The notes under the pieces: model-generated | What the model was told of the DNA's origin: nothing | The model's database searches: none | Seen by the model: only the letters and a program-made list of their open reading frames with translations | Shown here: positions 1-12,515 of the stretch, piece after piece | Numbering within the stretch: the first letter of the stretch is position 1 | Layout of the letters: the number at the start of each line of letters is the position of its first letter | Origin: Parasitella parasitica NRRL 2501 | Lineage: Eukaryota > Fungi > Mucoromycota | Reading direction: 5' to 3' | Assembly (NCBI GenBank): GCA_025201805.1 | Contig: MU619378.1 | Coordinates: forward strand, 19,635-83,634 | Length of the DNA stretch: 64,000 nt | Position numbers and translations under genes: made by a program

Positions 1-1684
1 ATATTATTGATCCTTGTCGTTAAGTTGGCGATGGCCTTGATAGGTGTGGGCTTTGTGTTGCTGGGTTCAAGCACAGATCTATCGTACAGGTTGACAATAC
101 CCGTAGATGAACTACAATACACAGGCACACAGTTAGAACCTGCACGAGGGAAAAACTTAATCAATGTAAATCCTACCCTGTGGCATAATATTTTTCATTC
201 GGACTGACACAAACAACTGAGGCACCGATGCAGCCATCATCAATCCAACGTTTGGTGCACTCTTTATCGGCAATGTTGAACTGATAGACCTCACCAGAAG
301 AGCCAAAACCAAAGATAAAGTTACCATCAGAACTCCAACTCACCGATTCAACAGAGCCATTCATTTTCAAATCGCAGAACCACTTCTTTGTCAAATAGCT
401 TACAATAATGATTGTTCCACTTGTTCCTAAGAATGCTATATAACGACCACAAGGGCTGATCGAGAACTTTTCCAGCGATTTCTCCTCTTTGCCCCAAATA
501 CCAGGACATTTATCAATAATGCCTGATTGGATGTCGTAAATGTAAAAGAATTTGCGTCTTCCACTGACAATAATTTGATCGCCGGAAGGATGAAATTCAG
601 CGTGGTAAATAGGCATGTCTTTAAACATGACAGATTGGATTTTGGGGTTGATTTTACCGTCAATTTGGAATAACCTCAGTGTTTTATCTAAGCCTGCGGT
701 CAACATAACCTGTGCATTTGGATGAAACGCGACAGTAGTGATCAATTTCTACACATAAGCGTCAGCATTGAGTGGGGTTTTTGAATAGATATTGACTTAC
801 ATGCGATCTAGGTACAGCACGGTTGGCGTTCTTTACTCGTAATATGTCTAATTTTCTGGGTGAAATGGTATTTTTTCCTGTTCTTCTCTCTAAAATGCCC
901 ATTGTGCTCTTCAATAAGTCTAATCTAGTATTATCGTCCAATTCATCTTCATGGCTATTCGCATAATCATTTTCATCTTCGTCAGAGCTGTCTGATGATG
1001 CTTTACGTTTCCTTTTATCTGCCTCGATTTCTGATGGAAGGCGAGCCCAATCCGGCTTGGGGTAGATTTTGTTGAATCTAAGAGTTTGAGCTTTAGTGGC
1101 ATTCCATAAAAATAAAGCCATTGAATATATATTTACTGTTTGCGTAATCTGCGAGTGTACTCGACACCGTCAATCACATCTTCGTCTTCATTGTTACGAA
1201 GTTTCTTTGTGATATTGGTGGCAGTTAATGAAATCTTTAAGCGCTTATCGTCTTCATCCTCCCAAGCTGCATTACTATCATTATTTGCGCTGCCTTCGCT
1301 ATCATCACTATCATTTTCGTCATCATCATCGTCATCATTGTCATTTTGTTTCTGTTCTGCTTCATAATCGATCTCGCTATCAGATCCTTCATGGTCTTCA
1401 GCGCCTAATATAGGTGCGTCCATTGTGTATGTTATTGGTCCAGAATCAAAAAAAAAAGCCTATATCATACACTTAAATTGATGCAGTGATCAAATGAGAA
1501 ATCATGAGTATACCTCTTCGTTATCCCCATCTTCATCATCTTCGGTGTTAAAATCTTGTGTCTGTTCATTGTTCAGCTCTTGGCCCGTTTTTGCCCATAA
1601 ATTCTCGGTGTTGTCACCAAACAAAAAGCCTTCAAGCTCTTTTTCAGATGATTCTTTCTTTGCTTTTTTACTGATAGGTGACAT
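1..1684 (-). CDS. UTP18: U3 snoRNA-associated protein 18 (WD40), multi-exon, 3' end runs off the window
   Basis: ORF pieces EKELEGFLFG, AAWEDEDD, EYTRRLRKQ, PDWA and VAFHPNAQVMLTAGLDKTLRLFQIDGKINPKIQS are typical Utp18 motifs; joined by short GT-AG introns. Confidence 0.93.
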
Positions 1685-2281
1685 AATTTACAAAACGAAA
1701 GGAAAGCACTTACAGAGGCACAAATGAAAAAAAAAAAAAAAAAAGGTAATGTGTTGATGGGTGAAAAAAGGTCACCGAAATGTTGGTGCCAAAGGGTGAA
1801 GAAAAGCCACTGAGGTACCATTGAGGAACAAGTGAATTGTGACATTAAGGAGGTTGCGAACCTATGACTTTAATTTACATTATACAGTATTTGACAGATA
1901 TTCAGAAGAAAAAATATATAGTGATTTTAACAAGTTTAAATATAGTTTTTCATTTTACAAATGTAATTTAGCTATTTTGGACACTGAGAAAATTCTTTAA
2001 ACATAGATTCAATGTGGTTTTTTTTTACAGCTTTGATGTGCAAAATACAGTTAATTCGAGTTAATTATTCAATGTATACATTTTGTGAAATTGAGAAGAT
2101 TGGTGGTTTGTTGTTGTTATGGTTGCAGTATATATATGTAAATGTGTATAAATATGCGTGTGTGTGTGTGAGAGAAAGAGTGAGAAATAGGGTTTTTTTT
2201 CCTTTAGTGTTTATATTTGCTTTGTTTGTTTTTGTCTTCTTGGTAACAAAATATTGTAAGACGTTTATCAAGAAGAAAAGA

Positions 2282-3592
2282 CTAACAGCCAGATTGATCA
2301 CCAAAACCATCTTTTCTAATATCAAATAATCTTCCCATATCTTTACCAGCACGAATTAGACGAATGCTCTTGAATGCGTTTCCATTTGGACGTTTGTCTT
2401 TTGTCACTTTGCCATGGTGGTCCAGAATCTTAGTCTCCAGAGCGGTTGGAGTTTCAAAGTCTTCAAAGATCTCATCGCCTAGCTTCACTGATATGCCAGA
2501 GAGTCCACATGCCTTTATAACCTATGTGGATGTATCGCGGTTAAATATATTATTGGCATGAGGCGAACTAGGGTGAGCTTTACCGTCATTGATTTTGATA
2601 CCACCACTTTACATGCGCTGAAATTGCGTTTATATACAATCACATCTTGTTCGCGAATTAAGCCTTTGCGACACATGTCCTTTAGTGTGATGCTCTTCGA
2701 ATCGCCTGCAACATTATGCGCTCTTTCTTTATCAATAAGCTCGCCCCAGTAAGACTCGAATGCTTCGTCCTACAGTAAAAAAAAACATGTTAGAAGCGTT
2801 TGAATCAATCCATGGTGATATATACCTTGAATCTATCCTTTTTGCAGGGTGTTTTATGTGATTTTGATTCATAGGATGCGGTTGACTTGTTGCTACTGCT
2901 GTTGTTTGTGGTTGTTGGAGGAGAAGGGGATAATTGCAATGGAGATTCAGGACGGTAGAATTCGCCATGACCAAGCATAGTTTGCCACTCTGTCAGTGAA
3001 TTCCAAAAGATGGGGTTATCAGATTTTGAGAAGAAATCAGGGTTATTATTATTGTGATTATGATTAAAAGCAGAAGCAGGGTTATAGTTTTCATTATTGC
3101 GTTGGTATTGTTGTTGTTGAGAATAGTTTTCATAGTTATTCGAAAGATTTAATAATGCATTTTGATCCACCTGTGGTAGCATTGAACATAATTCATCTCT
3201 TTTATCTTGTGATAGCATATGAAATGTGGACATATTAAAAACTGACTAAATATACATTGAATTGTAATGTTAGTAATGGTATAAGCTTATATAATGTTTC
3301 ATACTTCTAAATCAATAGCGGCTAATGGGCTACATGGATGCGTGCATAGATTATCCAAAGTCCAGCTTGGTTCATAACGTGGTCTTTTATTAGAATGATG
3401 GTGGCTATGGTGATGGTAACCATGGTTATTAGAAGCATTAATGTGGTGAGGTGGAGATCGAATCATAAGCTGACTTGTTTCTAATGCAACAATGTTGTCT
3501 TGATTATCATTGCCTTCAAACACCATTTCCCTGCGTTTATTTATCATTGGTGATAGCATACCGGATGTATGATTTGTTGGATGATTGTACAT
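2282..3592 (-). CDS. ASXH/DEUBAD-domain protein with C-terminal RAMA-like domain (4 exons)
   Basis: SPLAAIDLE|SVFNMSTFHMLSQDKRDELCSMLPQVD...FWNSLTEWQTMLGHG matches DEUBAD. C-terminal ITLKDMCRKGLI...FETPTALETKIL...NGNAFKSIRLIRAGKDMGRLFDIR resembles RAMA. Confidence 0.75.
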
Positions 3593-4442
3593 TCTATTAG
3601 AGAAAAAAAAACAAGAAAAAAAGAAGAGAGAGACGAAAAAGTAAGGAGGTCCGTCTTCTTCTTTGAATTAATCATGGAAAAAAAATGAACATCGAAACAA
3701 AGAAGGAGGTAAAATAAGGGTGAAAGGGGGTGAGATTGAGGCGTGTGATCGATGTCATATCTACAAACAACAACACAGAAAACTGCCATAAAAAAAAGGC
3801 ATCCAGTATTTGCGAATGACGAAAGCCCATGTTTATTGCATGACTCCAGTAAAAGGTGTTGTCAAACTTCCCTCTATTTTCTTTGTTCTTTTGCTTGTGC
3901 TGTACGTCTCTTTCTAAACAAATGTTAAATCAACAAGTAAACATCTTTGTACGTCGGCGTTCTAACCTTTTTGATTTGATATTCGATGGCCAGACCATGC
4001 TGTCTATGATTTATAGCAACTAAACGTGTCATCTATATTCTACTATGAGTTATTGTACAAATCAAACAGGTATAGATAGTGCTATAAGGACTAGTATTAC
4101 TTGCTCGTATGATACAAATATACATACATTGTTTTCCCTCCCTTTCTATATATTGGGTGATACAAGATGCAAGCATCAAGGAAAGCACTTTGTTATCCCC
4201 CCCTTCTGTAATGCCCCCTTGATTACAAGTGCTTTTTATGTTTAAATGATGTTTATATTTGATTTTGAGATATTAATGTTGAATTATATATCAAAAATAA
4301 TGGCGCGCATTTATATACTTCTAAAATGCAAATACACAAAAGCACTGTTTATTGGCAGTCATAGACATATATGTTTGTAAAGAAGTGAGCTTTCTCTTTT
4401 TTTTCCACACAACACGGCACATTACACAAAATACTCCCTTAA

Positions 4443-7400
4443 ATGAACATCATTGATGCGGGAAATATATTCATTCCACTAAATAAGCCATGTAATTGCT
4501 CACAAACTATCAGTGCTGGATCGCTAAAGCATTATACTCAAGATGAGAAGCACCTTTATATAGTTGATTTAATAAATCGCCTTGAGAAATCAAACATTAT
4601 TTTCACAAAATGCTCTGTATTGGACATCAACAATATGCTGTGTTGCGTTGGGATAACCGTGATTTTAAGCGAATCAAATGTACCAAGCAAGCTTCTAGAT
4701 CTCCTGCTATTTGTCAGCAGATCCTCTGATCCCGCATCATTTCAGGCGACAATGGACATACCATCAAAATCCAGCTTATTGGATATTTTTATTCACTTGC
4801 CATCTCCTCGTATAGACCATAATCTCTCAAAGTGGTGCCAAAACCCGGATATATTGGGGTTTCTTAATGAAGATGTTCAAGCTGAAGTTTCCGGAATGAA
4901 AACTCGATTGTATACCTATCAAAAGGTGAGCATTGAGACCGAAATGTTTAATACACTCATAAACATGCCCATAGCATACCATGTGGAAGATATTGCAGAG
5001 AGAATTAGCTCCTTCATTGGTGGAATCGTACGAAATTGTCAGGTTAAGAGCCATGGATAATTCATATTACTATTACAACCAGACAACAGGAGCAGTGACA
5101 TTGGAGCCTACATACATACTAGATATTCAAGGTGGCATCATATGCGAAGATATGGGTACCGGGAAAACTTGCATTTGTCTGGCAACTATTATGGCAACCA
5201 AAGATTTATCAAATCCGGTTGACCATCACTCTCATCCCTTGAAATCTGATTATCCAAAGCATGCCCTAGGAGTGGTACCCTCTTTGAAGGAAACGGCAGC
5301 CAACATTTTACTGCAATTAGGAATCAACTGGAAACCTATTCAGCATCAATTGCCTTCTGATGTGGTGGATTGGTTTCAAAAGCATCCGGTTTTTTATGAA
5401 TGGACAGACATACCTTCTCATTATGTCGAGAGACCTCGTCGGGTTCAACCCAACTTTACTACCTTGGCAGTGTACTTATCCAATGCTACGCTTGTTGTGG
5501 TACCTGATAACTTGGTTGCACAGTGGACAGGGGAAATTTACAAGCACATTCAAGATGGCCAATTGAGATTTCTAGTCTACGATGATATTAAACAAAAGAT
5601 CACCTCACCTATCACGATAGCAGACGCTGATTTGGTGCTTATTAGCCAAAGTAGGTTTTCATATGAAAACTTCAAAGGTGGCCTTGATTTCAACAGTAAG
5701 TTGTACCCTTTAAGTGTTTTCAGTAAGTTTAAATATACAAGCGAAAACAAAAAAGGTCATATTTGCCAGTGCCCTTACATTGGCTCAACAAGAGAAAGAG
5801 CCTGTGTTTGTTTAGTAACCAGCTTGGGAGAAGACTATATTTCACCTTTATTGCAAGTTCATTGGAAGAGACTCATATTTGGTATTATATTCAACACTAA
5901 ATTTAATATGACCATATGTAAAGCTGTCATAATAACAAACAAACACTGTATTAGATGAGGGACACAGATTATCATCAAAAAACAGACAATCAGAATTATC
6001 GTCAAAACTATTTTCAAATTGGAAATGGGTTTGCACCGGCACCCCAACTCAAAATTTGACTGAATCTGCTTCTATGAGAACCAGGCAGGAATCTCAAATG
6101 GACGATCTAAATAGGTTTGTTTGGTTATGAACAACTGTTTGTTTTGAAGTTCTGATATATACAATCTAGACTGGGGACCTTATTTGGGCAAGCGCTAAAT
6201 ACGGAGCCTTTCAAATCGAATAGGAAGCTATGGAACAAGTTAGTGAGTAAACCATTTTTAGAAGGAAAGCCATGGGCAATCACAAAACTATCAAGCATCA
6301 TGGAACGTACCATGATTCGAAATCAACGTGTGGACATGGAACAAGAGGTTACACTACCACCACTACATCAAACAACCGTGTACTTAAATTTTGATTACTA
6401 CCAATGGATTGCTCATAATTGTCAAATTGCCATGATCAGCCTGAATGCAATCTTATCCAGACGAGAGGGTCCAGATTATTTATTTACTGCGAAAAATCAT
6501 AAAGCATTACGCGAAACAGTATTCAATTTATGGCAGAGCTGTCTTTGGCACTCTGTCGACCTCAAGCTGCTTAAAATGGCCTATGAGAATTGCGTAGAGA
6601 AATGCTTGGATGTAGAGCAAGGCATATCAGATTATGGTGACGAAAACGAAGACCTTGTCAACATCCGTGAGGTACTCTTTCATGCTTTAGAGGATAGGAT
6701 GTTTACATGTATTATGAGCCAGCATTCTCCGTCTTACGTTGTACAAGGTTTGCCCACATTGTTCAAAGAGACTTGGGGCTGGCTCAAAGGAGATCATGGC
6801 GCTTATGAGCCTTTGGGCTCATTACCTTGGGATGACCATTGTGTGATAGGTGCAATTCAAATATTTGAAGCCATGGATGCTGTCATTGCCGTCAAAAATG
6901 ACGAAATCAAAGACTTGTTTGTATATAATGGATCGAATCAAACTCTGGTGAGTGTGCATGAGTTTGAGTTGAGGAAAAGTAAAAAGAAGCACGCTGAAGA
7001 AATGGCTTTAAAGAAGGCAAAGAAGAAAAAGACACACGTATTAGGAAAAACGCTATCTGGAAACGATGGCAATGGTAGTGGCCCCTTAGCCAAAAAAGCG
7101 TCTTATGATAGGAAGGGCAAGGACGATGAGAAAAAGCTACAGGTGGATCAAGAAGAACAACTTACTTATTATACTAGGAATGCATTCTCTGATGCTCGAG
7201 TACTCTCCAGCTCTAGCGTCAAGATCAACTACCTAGTAAACCAAGTGTATAAATATCAGTCTACTGAAAAGTGTATTATTTTCTCGCAGCAGTATAATGA
7301 AATGTACGAAATATATTTGGCTTTGGAGCTTGCAAGAGTGCGTGTTCTCATGTATCAAGACAACAAGTTGGTAAACTCGACAAGCTATCTATAGACTGTA

Positions 7401-8450
7401 TATAGAAACCATTGGCTGATGAAGCAATCGATTTAGAACAACGCGCAACGATCCCAAATGATTTTGACGTTTAATACTTCGGATAATGCCAATGTAATTA
7501 TCATGGCCGTACAAAAAGCGGCTTATGGGATTGATCTATCGTCAGCCACCCGCGTCTTTTTTGTCAGTCCTGTGTGGCAAATCGGTATGGAACAACAAGC
7601 TATCAAACGTGCCCACCGTATTGGACAAAAAAATCCTGTTTACATAGAGACACTAGTCATTCGCAATACAATTGAGGATGAATTACTAAAAAGAAGAGAT
7701 CAGGTGCAAACTGGAGACGGTAAATATACAGTTGAAAAGTGCTTCGAATTTCTTATAACGGTGATAATCCTACATGTAGAAGTGGAAGAAGATAAAGAAA
7801 ACTTGAAGCGAGGAGATTTCTTTGCAGATTCCAAGCTTCGAAACATCCTAAATCATGCTCATTTTGTGCCTTTGCCAGATTCTGTTCGTAAAAATAGAGA
7901 AACTGGAGAATATCAACAGAAGATTGTACCACTAGATGCACCACTATATTTAGTACCTAAGAAAACAATATCAAGTGAACCAAAGAATACTTTAGGCAAT
8001 GATACGATTGTAACAGAGTCGTCAGTACAGTTTTCATCGGCCATATTACCCAAACAAGATTACGACATATCAGATATTGACGTGGATGAAACTGGCGATA
8101 TAGAAGTTGAACAATTCCAATTTCAAAATCAAACATTTACTGATGCTTTTGAGAGCCATGGTGAATACGATCAAAGCAGCCAGAGTAGTAACTGTAGCAG
8201 CCAAGATGATCATGATATGACGCTAGATATAGTGGGTGATGGAGATGTGACGAATCATATTCAACCGTGGAAGATGAGGTTGATGGATGAGCAAAAGCGA
8301 CACAAAATTGATCACTCGCTATCATTGACAAACAACGAAAAGAAGAGGAAATTTACAAAATCGCTATCACCGATAGCAGTACAACTTCAAGCTAAACAAG
8401 AACCAAGCAATCCGCCTAAACAGAAAAAGAAGACGGTTAGGTTTGCTTAG
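4443..8450 (+). CDS. SNF2-family (Rad5/16-like) ATPase, multi-exon
   Basis: LYTYQK (Q motif), GGIICEDMGTGKT (Walker A), TLVVVP (Ia), RLIF|DEGH (Walker B split by intron about 5882-5954), CTGTP (III), KCIIFSQ (IV), YGIDLSSATRV (V), QAIKRAHRIGQ (VI). Confidence 0.92.
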
Positions 8451-8480
8451 TTTACTGAAGTACATATCATATCATAATTA

Positions 8481-8519
8481 ACGAGCTGTTACTACACCGC
8501 CCTACGGTGCACAGCTCGT
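8481..8519 (-). mobile_element. Putative Helitron 3' terminal hairpin
   Basis: Outer stem acgagctgt/acagctcgt (8481-8489/8511-8519) and inner stem caccg/cggtg. On the minus strand: GC-rich hairpin, 9 nt, then CTCG|T, resembling the hairpin + CTRR|T terminus. Lies 2.5 kb from Helitron coding remnants. Confidence 0.55.
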
Positions 8520-8847
8520 CTATATGATTGTCTTATCAATGCAACACTACTAACCATTCCAATGAAGGTTTTAGATTGTTCTTTTATCATTTCTTTTAAA
8601 ATAAACATATGAATAACAAATAGTTAGATACAAATAAAATCACAATAGAAAAAGAAGCTGTAGCCATGGACCAAACTGTAAGTACATTGCCATGTACAAT
8701 CACTTGTAGAGGAAAGGATCACATGCAATTGTATCATAGTTTAAGTCGATAGCCTTAGAAGGAATAAGTTTAAATTATACAATAAAATTAGATATTTGCA
8801 GTATCTTTTGTAATGACTTTAGTTTTGAATATAATTAATTTCAGTAT

Positions 8848-10790
8848 TTATTGCTCGGCAAAAGACACTGGGTCCTCATAACAAAGACCAGCATAATCAC
8901 ATTTTGATTCCTTAATCTTGTGCATCTGTGGGCGGACGATGCTTTCGAGGGACATATCTTCATTCAAGTTTGCTATTCCCAGGAGATCATTATTTATTTC
9001 TGTGGCGTGTTCAGCGTTGAGGGAGTTGATTAAATTTACAGTCGATTTTAAGTGCTCCTATGTATAAAGGTAAAAGTTTCAGTGGTTATTGTCATGATTT
9101 TTAACCAGAGATATTTACTTCGATAAAATGCGCAAACTTAATTAAGTTTGAGATTGTTTGCGACTTGAATTCGAAGTCTAACGACAATTGACATTTTTGT
9201 ATTCTTTGGAATACAAATATACTATTTGTAAAAGAAATTGACCACAATTGAAGGTGACAGCCTACAAAAATCTATTTAATACAATGATGATACTCGCCTT
9301 ATCAATGTTATATATTACCTTTGGAGTGTAAGAAGAGAATACTGAAATTCTTGAAACTGTCCAGTGAAGCATACTTGTATTTTACAGCAATGGTACGCAA
9401 CATTGTAAAACATGCATAAAGACCTTTATGAAGGTCGAATTGTATCTTGGACATAGCAACATTTCCATATGCACCGCATGCCTCTACCAGCATTATCTCC
9501 AAGTCTTTGTATCTTACGATCCCATCAGCTTTATATCCTTCTGATGTACTTTTTATAGTTTCATTATTTTTCCAGATGGTATTGATAGATTTTAGAAATG
9601 CTTCTCGGCTTTCGTACGAGTAGGTTTCGTCCATCAGATTCGCGATTGCCTTCATTAGTGGTGTGATACAGAAATCAACAAAGTTTTTCTCCTGAACTCG
9701 CACGTCTGGACTATTTTTGACCAGATTTAATGCATAACAATAATTTATAATTGGTAAAGCTAATTAAATATCACTTATTGTACTTACACAACAAAGCAAA
9801 CATTTTGTAAATAAAACACATCTTTACCAGACTCAGCTGGAATTGATCTCATCCTTCTCTCGAAGCTCTTCAAATTATTTATGAACTAAATGAAAAATTA
9901 CAGCGATTGAGGTACAGGACAAATACGCTTTTGATAAGTCTGAGTGTATCATTGGCACTGGTTGCTTAGTGAAATGGCCCTTCGATTGTTTGTACCTATC
10001 GCCATTAATCTCCTTTTGTGCCAAAATACCATCTCCACATATAATAACACCATTCCTAATTGCACTATATTATTACATTAGCATATTGTGCCATCATGTT
10101 TGGTAGATACAGCGAAATGAAAATAACTGTACCTATATTTATGATATTTTTCATTATCACGACCTAGCATTTTCTTGAACTATTCCCAAACATCTTCAGA
10201 AGGTTTCTATTTAAAAAAGTTTAATTATATCAAACATCGCTTTTATATTTATCGTACTTACCTCTCTTTCTTCTTCTTCTCTTCCATCCGCTATTTCATC
10301 TACTTCCCTCTTTCCACTATTATTTAATATTATTTTAAAATATACACTATACGCTACAGAAAGAATAGAAGGGGACAGAGCATTCAAAAGAGTATAAATA
10401 GCGTACCTTCTCTTTTCTATAGCTTTTCTTTTTCTAGAGCTGGATTTGTTATTGAAGGCGACCGTTGACTTATTGATTGAGTCAATTTTGTTTACTTGGC
10501 TTCAAAACGTTACTGAAGAAAAAGTTTGTATTGAAATAAAACTTACCTTGGAGTAGCAGCTGGAGGAGGGGAGAAATTATCCTTTTCATCACACTTGAGG
10601 TTATCGCCACTAGCCAAGCTCTAATAATAAAATAAAATAGAAGAAGGAAGAGTTTAACGAATAGAAAAAGTACGCCAAAATTAACTTACTTTCCAATTTG
10701 CAAGCCAATTTTTCGCAACAGAACATTCATATGTTTTTACTAGCCGTTTGATCTCGCTACGCTCAATGACGGCGTCGCCCTGCGGGAAGA
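8848..10790 (-). pseudogene. Degenerate multi-exon gene of a putative PD-(D/E)xK-like nuclease family
   Basis: Intact 3' exons with YKADGIVRYKDLEIMLVEACG and KIQFDLHKG. Upstream exons (about 9790-10510) retain splice sites but contain in-frame stops and frameshifts. Confidence 0.6.
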
Positions 10791-10925
10791 TAAGCAATCA
10801 AGCATTGATAATGGAGAAGTTTAGCTCCTGTTGGCGTATTCGTTTGGAATAATAGCAGCGATTTTATCGACTGTTGGAAAATTCTGCGTGCGTCGATTGT
10901 TGCCAACAACAAACTCTATTGTCAT
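10775..10925 (-). mobile_element. Inverted fragment of Helitron RepHel N-terminal region
   Basis: Translates to NRRTQNFPTVDKIAAIIP and, after a frameshift, LLIFPQGD. These resemble the RepHel motifs RRYNxPTxxEVAAII and YPLLFPxGE. Confidence 0.6.
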
Positions 10926-10979
10926 TTAAGGATTAAATCGCACATAAAATTCTGTATACTCATTCTCAGAACTTTTAAA

Positions 10980-12515
10980 TATCAAAAATGAGGTCTTCCA
11001 CACGGCCGTATGCTGCTTTTTCTTGATACTGAAAATGACCAATTCACTACTGCTGAAAACATCGATCGAATTACATCTGCTGAAATACCAGACCGAAATT
11101 CGGAACCTGAGCTATACGAAGTTATCACAGGAAATATGATACATTGACCATTGGTAAAGACATCAACGAAAATCTAATTTGCAGAATGGAAAGCTCAATG
11201 GGTATGCGTAAATGCTCGAAAAAATCCCAAAGGAGTTTCAGCCAGTTACAGTCATCAAAAATATTGGATATCCACTGTGTCTTAGAAGGTTAGATAGTCG
11301 CTCTCATGTAGTAAGACAGCCATCAGCTCCGGAACAGGAATTTCATCTCACAAACCAGTGGGTTATACCTTATAATCCATACTTGTCAAAAAAAATACAA
11401 TTCCCGCATCACTATTGAGGTATGTGGTAGCTTAAAAGCTATAAAATACCTCGACAAATACATATACAAAGTTTCAGATCAAACTACCGTAGAGGTAGAA
11501 AATTCGCTCGACAAAGTTTAAAAATACCATAGGGAAGGTATATAAGTCCTATTGAAGCTGCCTGGAGGATACTCGGTTCCTTTATGCATGAAGAGAGCCC
11601 TTTTGTTACACTTCTTGCAGTTAATCTCGAAAATGATCAGGCCGTATATTTCGATCCAGAATGGGAACAAAGTAAAACTAAAAGAACCAAGGCAAGGTCG
11701 GCTTTCGTGAGTACCTATATTGAGAGTTTTCAGAGCATTTTATTTGGCAAAAAGACAAGAAGCTTTGGAAACTCAAGGAATCAACAGGCTTTCAATTAGG
11801 CGCAATCCTTCTTCCAGAGAGCGGTATTATTTACGTCGTCTTATAACTCTCGTGCGTGCCTCAACTTCGTTTGCTAATTGACGCACTGTCAATGGCGTCC
11901 TGTGTGATTCATACAAAGAAACATGTATGTTGATGCATTTGATTGAAGATGGCAAAGAATGGGGAAGGCGCTTTCATAAAGCTTTTACTTTCGCCTCAGG
12001 CTCTTCCTTGCGTTCTTTGTTTGATTCTTTAGTTTTGTCATCTGACATTTGGATTATGGCTTGCATCTCTTGGATAACTCATTAAAAGCCCACAGCAAAT
12101 TTTTATATTAATATCATCTACCTTTGCCCCTGTTTGATAGGAATGGCTAGAATACATCGCAATTCATTAATATTTGGTGAAATGTCGTATCAGCAGGAGC
12201 AAGGGTCTTAATCGTACGAAGAGAAATATGCGCAAATGAATCCAATGCAAAAGCGAGTCTTTGATCATATCAAATTGTCTGTCAATAGTGCCAATCCAAA
12301 TTTGCATTCTTTTTGCAAGCTCCTGCCAGAACTGGTAAAACCTTTGTGTACAAACTCTCTGCAATTATTATAGGAGTTACGGAAAAATTGCTTTATGTGT
12401 CGCCTCTTCTGGTGGTCGGATATCTCACTCCCGCTTTGGCAATATCAGCAAAAAAAAGCGATCTCGCTGAGCTTATTCGTGATACAACGCTGATTATCTA
12501 TGTTGGAATAAGCTG
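10980..12515 (+). mobile_element. Helitron Rep/PIF1-helicase pseudogene (stops, frameshifts, deletions)
   Basis: QK*GLPHGRMLLFL (HUH motif relic), IDRITSAEIPD, NQWVIPYNPYLSKK, KYLDKYIYK (Y2 motif), RYISPIEAAWRI, ERYYLR, RTVNG, QAPARTGKTFVY (PIF1 Walker A). Confidence 0.9.
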
